Assembly (NCBI RefSeq): GCF_000018105.1
Contig: NC_009925.1
Location: 2,370,001 to 2,402,000 of the forward strand
DNA: 32,000 nucleotides
Reading direction: 5' to 3'
DNA from: Acaryochloris marina MBIC11017
Lineage (GTDB): Bacteria > Cyanobacteriota > Cyanobacteriia > Thermosynechococcales > Thermosynechococcaceae
Shown here: one piece after another, positions 25,920 through 32,000 of the stretch
Layout: every line of letters begins with the position of its first letter
Position numbering within the stretch: the stretch's first letter is position 1
Translations under genes and position numbers: made by a program
The notes under the pieces: model-generated
What the model was told of the DNA's origin: nothing
The model's input: the letters and a program-made list of their open reading frames with translations, nothing else
Database searches by the model: none

Positions 25920-28900
25920 ATGGATATCACTTCTTCTCAGTCTGATCGACTGGATCATTATTACCGACAACTCAATGCCATGATTTTGTCGCGGCAGCAT
26001 CCGGTTAGTGGTCTGTTACCTGCAAGCACGGCGGTCAATATCCATGGGGACTATACCGACGCCTGGGTCCGCGACAACGTTTATAGCATTCTGGCGGTTT
26101 GGGGATTGGCCTTAGCGTATCGCCAGGATCAGTCGGATTCATCCCGGACCTTATTGCTAGAGCAAAGCGTTGTCCGATTGATGCGAGGGTTGCTACGAGC
26201 GATGATGCGGCAAGCACATAAAGTAGAGACTTTTAAGCATACCCAAGCGCCTCTGGATGCGCTCCATGCTAAGTACGATACCCCCACTGGAGATGTGGTC
26301 GTTGACGATGATGCCTGGGGCCATTTACAAATTGATGCCACCTCCTTGTTCTTGTTGATGATGGCCCAGATGACCGCTTCGGGTCTTTTGATTGTCTATA
26401 GTTTAGATGAAGTCAATTTTGTGCAAAATCTGGTCTACTACATTTCCCGTGCTTACCGGACGCCAGACTATGGGATTTGGGAACGGGGCAACAAAATTAA
26501 TACGGGAACGGCTGAGATTAATGCCAGTTCAGTCGGTATGGCTAAAGCAGCCCTGGAGGCGATGAATGGTCTGAATATTATGGGAAAGCGAGGCGGACCG
26601 GCTGCAGTCATCCATGTGATGGCGGATGAGATTGCCCGTACTGAAATGAAGTTGGCGGCTCTATTGCCGAGGGAATCTACATCGAAAGAGGTAGATGCTG
26701 CTGTTTTGAGTGTGATTGGGTTTCCAGCATTTGCGGTGTGCGATCGCACCCTCGTAGACCGGACCCGCACCAAAATCATCGATAAGTTGCAAGGCCAATA
26801 CGGCTGTAAGCGCTTTTTGCGAGACGGCCACCAAACCGTCCTCGAAGACCATACCCGTCTGCACTATGAGACCTGGGAGCTGAAACAGTTTGAAGATATT
26901 GAAAGTGAATGGCCGCTCTTTTTTACCTATTTATTCCTAGATAGTCTCTTCCGTGGGGACGCAGAGCAAGCCACGTTCTACAGAACTCGACTACAAGCAT
27001 TGGGCGTGGAGCAGGATGGTTGGTCACTGCTACCAGAACTGTACATTGTCCCGGAAGACCGAGTAGAAGCCGAAAAATCGGAACCCCATAGCCAAGACCG
27101 AGTGCCCAATCAGAATATCCCTCTCGTGTGGGCTCAGAGTTTATACCTGTTGGGACAACTGGTGGATGAAGGGTTAATTACGCTAGATGATATTGATCCG
27201 TTAGGACGCCACCATCAAACCCAAGCAACAAAGATGGGGACGGGAACCCTGCAGGTGGCCTTACTAGCTGAAGATCAAGCTTTGCAAGAAACCTTAGCAG
27301 CAGCAGGCATTACCGCAGAAACCTTAGGAGAAATTGCCCCACTACAGGTTCGACCCGCCCATGATTTGACCGATATCTACCATCAGCTCGGTCAGAATCC
27401 GAAGCTGGGTCTTTCAGGCCGACCCCATAAGCGGATGCGGACATTAATGACCTCCCATCTCTATCGGGTTACCGGGGAAACCATGGTCTTTTTGCCGTCC
27501 TTTATTGATAACCGTGAGTTTTACCTGACCCTAGATATTCACTTCCTGATCTCGCAAATTCAAAGTGAGCTGGCTTATCTACAGCGCTACTGGCTCGCGG
27601 ATCAACCACCGACCCTAACGCTACTCCTCACCCATCGCATGATCAAAATGGGGCAGGCTCCATTGCTTGAATTGCTGCAATCTCTCGCTTCTGGAGCGTC
27701 ACCTATTGCGGGCCAGATTCAGGTGGGAATCTTAAGCGACTTTATCGACCATAGTGCGGTTATTCATATCGTCGGGCTAGAGCAAACGCCACCCTCCCAG
27801 GACTATGGCGATCAGGCCCTGACTCAGTACCTATCGTTTAGTGCAGAGCAATGTCATCCGCTAACCCATCTGCAAGAGCAGACCTTGGAGCTAAATCAGC
27901 ATATTGATACGTTACTGCACACCCTCAAGCAGTCAGAGAATTTATATGAGCAAGTCGAAGTGCTGCACTTGCTGATTCATCAGCGCGCTTTGGATGACGA
28001 TATCGGTTGGGAAGCCGATCAAACCGTATCCCTCCGTATTCTGTTGACCGAGGTCTATCTGAATGCAGCCCAAGCCGAACATTGGTCGATTGTGCGGCGG
28101 GCCGCCGGACTACTGAATATGGTGGATATTAGTTTGTCCGATGCGGTCACCAACTTGCTGGCTCACCAGAAACAGATCCTAGTCGGGCGCTCTTACAACG
28201 AGCATTCTTTGATCAATATGCCTCTACCTGCCCAGGAAATTGTGACTCGGATCAATGAATTCTGTCGGGAAGATGAACGCGATCGCGTCCTTACCCAAGA
28301 GATTTTGATCTATCTCGACCTGTTGACTAAATCAGAACCGCTGTTAGTCAAAGGGTTACTGACCCTGAGAATTGGCTATCTGATTTTGTTGCTGACCAGT
28401 GAACTGGCCCGTGAGCAACAGGTTACCCAAGATGAAGCCTATGAGCGGCTGACCCAACTCAGTCCCTACGATTTAAAGTCACGTTTACGCCAGGTTCTCT
28501 CGGCCTACGATCAGGTGCATAAGAGTTTGCATCAGCAGGAGTCGTTGCATATTGCCCACTGCACGGGTGAAGTCAATTGGGGCCTGACTCAGCCTGTACC
28601 GCTAGTGCATGAGTCTGACCCCGAAGACTGGCTGGTGAAGCGTCAGGTAGAAGGGTCCCTTAACCGAGTGCCACGAGAGTTTTATATCAAAGTTTGGCGA
28701 TTGTTGAAACATACCCACGGGATTGTCATTGGTGAAAAGTTGGATCGCCGGAACCGCTTAGATAGCGAGCATCTACTGTCGGAGATGACGGAAGGAGAAA
28801 CCAATTTTGCTCTGATGATTGAGCATCTACTGAATAAGATTCCAGCACCAGAGTATCGCCAGCTCAATGTGGAAGCGTTGCTGGAGCTAGCTCACGTCGT

Positions 28901-29132
28901 GGAAGCCAATCCCGATCTACAGTTCGCTGATCATGTTGTTTTGGATGTGATTATTGGTCATGCAGTGCGACTGGCCTGGTGGGATGCCCATCCTGAGCGG
29001 GTGGCTTCCTATGATGAGGATAAAGCCAAGGCTTGGCAAGCGTTCTACAAAATGCCGTCTCAGCACAGTGGTCCCTATGTCGTGATGGCCCTCCGCTTCT
29101 TAGTGGAAGTGAGCCAACCGGTGGCGGTGTAG
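25920..29132 (+). CDS. GH15 (glucoamylase)-like protein, full-length homologue of phosphorylase kinase alpha/beta regulatory subunits
   Basis: Collinear with remembered human PHKA1 over the whole length. N-terminal matches: GLLPAS...[157 protein letters not shown]. C-terminal matches: [59 protein letters not shown]. Confidence 0.85.
   Translation: [1070 protein letters not shown]
26740..26747. repeat. HIP1 octamer
   Basis: Exact GCGATCGC. Confidence 0.95.
28279..28286. repeat. HIP1 octamer
   Basis: Exact GCGATCGC. Confidence 0.95.
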
Positions 29133-29146
29133 ACTCCCTAAACACA

Positions 29147-29860
29147 CTACGAGCCCTGCCCTTCTGCTGCAAGAGACTCAATAAAAGCTTGATGTTCGGT
29201 CGTTGCCAAGCCTTGCTGCAAAATTGACAATACCTGGGCCATCTCCCCAGCGAGCAAGCCCGGAACGGATAACCATAAGCCTGGAAACACCTGAGAACGA
29301 ATCACACCTGTTTCATCTGCTGGCAAAGATAGATATTCGCCCCTCTGCAGGCTAAACCAATCCAACTTCTGATCTAAAACCTGCCAGATGATATATTCTT
29401 GGACGCCATTTCGCCGGTAGGCTACTTTCTTATCGTAGGAATCATAGGCTGCTGTACTGGCTGCGACTTCCGCCACTAGCTCTGGAGCGCCCTCTAGATA
29501 GCCATCCTCACTTAACTGACATTGCCCGCCCGCTAAAGTATCAATGAGGAGTACCGCATCAGGTTGAGGCTCATTGTCTAGATCGAGTCGTACGGTGGGA
29601 TTGTCCCCCATTCTCACACCGGATGTCATCGCTTTGTAGAATCCTAGCCATGTCATCAGGTTGCCATGGGGTTCTGCATGGGGTTCAAACCGCAGAGGTG
29701 AAGGCAAATATACAACTCCTTCGATTAATTCAGCTTTTTTTTGATGAGGCATGGCGTGGTAGCGACGTTCGAACTCGTCACGGGTGAGGTGATCGCCATT
29801 TTCTAGGAGCAAAATCGGTGCTTGAGCACTAAGAGATTGGGGCTGAGTTAAAGGTGACAT
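29147..29860 (-). CDS. Uma2-family (DUF820) putative endonuclease
   Basis: ELIEGVVY, PDAVLLI, and APELVAEVAASTAAYDSYDKKVAYRRNGVQEYIIW fit the Uma2 PD-(D/E)xK-like pattern that is abundant in cyanobacteria. ATG 29860 is preferred over the TTG at 29920. Confidence 0.8.
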   Translation of the reverse strand: MSPLTQPQSLSAQAPILLLENGDHLTRDEFERRYHAMPHQKKAELIEGVVYLPSPLRFEPHAEPHGNLMTWLGFYKAMTSGVRMGDNPTVRLDLDNEPQPDAVLLIDTLAGGQCQLSEDGYLEGAPELVAEVAASTAAYDSYDKKVAYRRNGVQEYIIWQVLDQKLDWFSLQRGEYLSLPADETGVIRSQVFPGLWLSVPGLLAGEMAQVLSILQQGLATTEHQAFIESLAAEGQGS

Positions 29861-29943
29861 TATCCAGAGTTCTGAGCCTAGCTTCCATTGTATCGTTCTT
29901 ATTTTTAGTACCAGGTTCAACAGCTTGCAGGGGTCGATAGACC

Positions 29944-30609
29944 TTAGTCTGTACTTGCCACTGTATATAATGCTCGAAATCTGCGAACAGGGGGACTCTC
30001 ATTATCTAGATAATCCTCAAAGGATTGGTTACTCAAACCCAACTTTTCAAATGTGTCTAATTCCTTTTGAGTCAGGGGATAAGGCATTTGGCCCGGTGGA
30101 TCTGTTTCCTCACGACCTCTGGCAATCACTAATAGCTGGCCTAGGGAGGCTATCAAACGACTTATTTTTGAGATGGCAAGCGCGCGCAATGCCGAGGGAA
30201 GAACTTGCAACGTATAGGATTCTAGGACAAAGTCAAATCCCTGAGACCAGGTGGCTGGAGGGTTTAGCAAGTCTGCGACCTGGTAGGACACAGGTGAATT
30301 AGGGAAACGTTGGTTACACTGTGCGATCGCAGTCGTCGAAACGTCAAAGGCTACAACCTCAAACCCCAACTCCGCCAAAAACTCGGAATCATCCCCATAG
30401 CCGCAACCAATGACCAGAGCTGTTTTACCTGCCCCCTTTAATCCTTGGGTGATGATCCAATCGACTAAGTTTGGATTGGGGGTTAAATCAGCCCAAGGCA
30501 CGGCAGCATAATCGTTGCCAGCTTCTGCATAGAGGGCTTCAAACCATCCCTGAGCATCTGCACGGGCCAGAAACTCTGACGCTAGTTGTTGGGCACGGTG
30601 ACGAGACAT
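29944..30609 (-). CDS. Class I SAM-dependent methyltransferase
   Basis: Motif I ALVIGCGYGDDSEFLAELGFEVVAFDVS, with post-I and II regions (VSYQVADLL, FDFVLES). I place the start at ATG 30609, 13 nt below the bciA-like stop. The track extension to 30777 overlaps that gene. Confidence 0.75.
   Translation of the reverse strand: MSRHRAQQLASEFLARADAQGWFEALYAEAGNDYAAVPWADLTPNPNLVDWIITQGLKGAGKTALVIGCGYGDDSEFLAELGFEVVAFDVSTTAIAQCNQRFPNSPVSYQVADLLNPPATWSQGFDFVLESYTLQVLPSALRALAISKISRLIASLGQLLVIARGREETDPPGQMPYPLTQKELDTFEKLGLSNQSFEDYLDNESPPVRRFRALYTVASTD
30323..30330. repeat. HIP1 octamer
   Basis: Exact GCGATCGC. Confidence 0.95.
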
Positions 30610-30622
30610 GGTGGGCAGCAAC

Positions 30623-31633
30623 TTAGAATACAGCGAAGTCGCCCCGCTCCGCTTCTTCGCTACCGTCAACGAGGCGCTGATAATATTCGAATAAAGTGTC
30701 TTTACCGGTTTCAGGCGTGGCGTCCGCATCATAACGCCCGGTTTCGGCATCGTATACCAACATCGATTCCGTGGCATAGTAATGGCCGATTCGCGCTAAC
30801 TCTGCCTTGGCTGCCAAGCTTGGCACAATCTTGGCAATTCCGCCTAATACCGTTGCGATCGCATTCAGGAATCCAGGCGGTACGCTTTTGAAGCGGGGTG
30901 GGCAGTCCAACAGTTTAAACAAATATTCTCCCTGCTCCAAGGGCGTGAGGGCAGGTCCAGGCCCGCCGATGGGCAAAATTTTGTTCTGCAGTGAAGCGTC
31001 TTCGAGACAGTCCACAATGTAGGCCGCTAAATCTGGATCGCTGATCGGTTTGCAAGCAGTCAATGTGCCATCGCCAAATAGATAAAATGGCTTCCCGTTC
31101 TGAATCTTAGCCACCTGCCCCGCCAGAGATTTGAAGTAGGCGGTTGGTCGGACAATGGAATAAATTAGCCCGGATTCTCTCAGGGCTTTTTCAAAAGCAA
31201 GCTTGGCATGCTGAAACGCAAGGCGCGGCTTTTGCACGCAGATGGCTGACAACAGCACTATCTGCTTCACTCCAGATTCTTTTGCCAAGGAGAGAACGTC
31301 CATATGGGCTTGATAGTCAATGGCCCAGGTGTCGTCTGGTTCTCCTGTCCGTGAGGCTAAGCAGGATACCACTCCATAAAATTGTCGATTCTTGAACACT
31401 TGCTCAGCCAGAAACTTTGGATCTTTGACGTCGCCGAAGCATACCTCGGTCCCTTGTAGCAGTTGGGCCGTTTTTTCTTGGGTAAGCTGACCTCCAACCC
31501 CTGCCTGGGGCCGAGCAATACAAACAACTTCGTAACCGCGCTTCACCAATTCGGCGACAGTGGCTCGCCCAATCGTACCGGTGCCGCCCAATACCAAAAT
31601 GCGACGTGTCTCCGAAGTGCTAGCGTCAGTCAT
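30623..31633 (-). CDS. bciA: NAD(P)H-dependent 3,8-divinyl (proto)chlorophyllide 8-vinyl reductase, plant/BciA type
   Basis: ILVLGGTGTIGR Rossmann motif. Long collinear matches to the remembered Arabidopsis DVR: VVSCLASR, IDYQA, LLSAICVQKP, FQHAKL, YSIVRPTAYFKSLAGQV, GKPFYLFGDG.L.ACKPIS..DLAAYIVDC, LPIGGPGPALTPLEQGE.LFK, IG.YYATESML, GKDTL. Confidence 0.75.
   Translation of the reverse strand: MTDASTSETRRILVLGGTGTIGRATVAELVKRGYEVVCIARPQAGVGGQLTQEKTAQLLQGTEVCFGDVKDPKFLAEQVFKNRQFYGVVSCLASRTGEPDDTWAIDYQAHMDVLSLAKESGVKQIVLLSAICVQKPRLAFQHAKLAFEKALRESGLIYSIVRPTAYFKSLAGQVAKIQNGKPFYLFGDGTLTACKPISDPDLAAYIVDCLEDASLQNKILPIGGPGPALTPLEQGEYLFKLLDCPPRFKSVPPGFLNAIATVLGGIAKIVPSLAAKAELARIGHYYATESMLVYDAETGRYDADATPETGKDTLFEYYQRLVDGSEEAERGDFAVF
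30855..30862. repeat. HIP1 octamer
   Basis: Exact GCGATCGC. Confidence 0.95.
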
Positions 31634-31771
31634 GGGTAATTAATGGTGTGTTGTAGGACTCTATTCGTAGCCTACCAGTTAGCAGCTGCAAACCAATAGT
31701 TTCATAAACACGAACAGAAAACTAAAACACAAGACAGGCAGAGGATTACCAAGCTTTCGCTAAGAGAAATG

Positions 31772-32000
31772 CTACTGAGATTTTCCACGACCATATTTTT
31801 GATCTATTGGTCTACAACCCATGTCATAGATGAGGAGGTTGCATATTCCAGAGTCCCAAAATTTTGCTCTTGATTCGATGATCTCAGCAATAGCCAACAT
31901 CATGTTCGTAATGCTGGGATAAAGCGGCTCATGAATTTGAGAAACATCTAGATCAGTCACACGATAGACAGGAGAGAATTTCTGTTGAATCGTACTTCCC
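31772..32000 (-). CDS. Hypothetical protein, C-terminal fragment (the frame stays open to the window end)
   Basis: The track ORF (31772..31960) starts at a GTG. The same frame is open upstream to position 32000 (..GSTIQQKFSPVYRVTDLDVSQIHEPLYPS...), so this is probably the 3' end of a longer gene. No family recognised. Confidence 0.35.
   Translation of the reverse strand, partial: GSTIQQKFSPVYRVTDLDVSQIHEPLYPSITNMMLAIAEIIESRAKFWDSGICNLLIYDMGCRPIDQKYGRGKSQ

Noticed and set aside
29147-29860. The Uma2 endonuclease as part of a restriction-modification or defence module together with the neighbouring methyltransferase.
   Set aside because: Uma2/DUF820 genes are present in many dispersed copies in cyanobacterial genomes. 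The methyltransferase has small-molecule/TPMT-like class I motifs, not the DPPY/NPPY or PCQ motifs of DNA methyltransferases, and it is more tightly linked to bciA (13-nt gap) than to Uma2 (83-nt gap).
30610-30777. N-terminal extensions implied by the longest ORFs in the track: MTase to 30777, SIS from 8786, nrdJ from GTG 15778, SPOR protein from TTG 10975, Uma2 to TTG 29920, MarR from GTG 24523.
   Set aside because: The extensions overlap upstream genes or start at non-ATG codons, and their translations are Arg/Cys/Trp-rich and atypical. Internal ATGs give N-termini that align with the start of the recognisable domains, and for MarR the ATG sits at proper spacing from an AAGGAGG.
1-32000. 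CRISPR arrays, tRNA, rRNA, tmRNA and RNase P RNA.
   Set aside because: There are no arrays of regularly spaced repeats; the only tandem repeat is the 2 x 14-bp operator-like unit. By eye I saw no cloverleaf-like sequence and no conserved RNase P (GAGGAAAGTCC) or rRNA motifs in the four long intergenic regions. Not checked with tRNAscan or Infernal.

Overview
This looks like a cyanobacterial chromosomal segment. Evidence: at least eight exact HIP1 octamers (GCGATCGC), an allophycocyanin-beta-like phycobiliprotein gene, a plant-type divinyl reductase (BciA-like) gene and a Uma2 endonuclease gene. BciA plus IS richness would fit an Acaryochloris-like genome, but that is only a guess. I support about 25 protein-coding genes on both strands, mostly housekeeping, envelope or signalling functions. 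In window order they are: a partial VanX-like dipeptidase, a pentapeptide-repeat membrane protein, a phosphodiester glycosidase, and a CAP/PR-1 lipoprotein gene with one in-frame stop. Next come an IS5/Harbinger-like IS whose transposase has one in-frame TGA, a B12-type radical SAM protein, and a Zn-ribbon/PP2C membrane phosphatase translationally coupled to a SIS-domain protein. Then an orphan ApcB-like gene, a SPOR-domain protein, an intact IS630 element with an A7 -1 frameshift site, and an ABC1 kinase. Then a split class II ribonucleotide reductase (nrdJa/nrdJb), a HAD hydrolase, an FAD oxidoreductase and an FHA-PAS-GAF histidine kinase. The last block is a MarR regulator with a Cys/His tail and a tandem palindromic operator, a 1070-aa full-length homologue of phosphorylase kinase alpha/beta, the Uma2 endonuclease, a SAM methyltransferase and BciA. 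I found no rRNA, tRNA or CRISPR array. I do not see a compact, clearly novel multi-gene system such as a defence island. The most unusual items are the MarR(Cys)/operator/PhK-alpha-beta-like locus, the orphan ApcB paralog that lacks the methyl-Asn loop, the split NrdJ, and the two genes carrying a single in-frame stop. All family assignments come from reading the translations against remembered family motifs; no database search was run.
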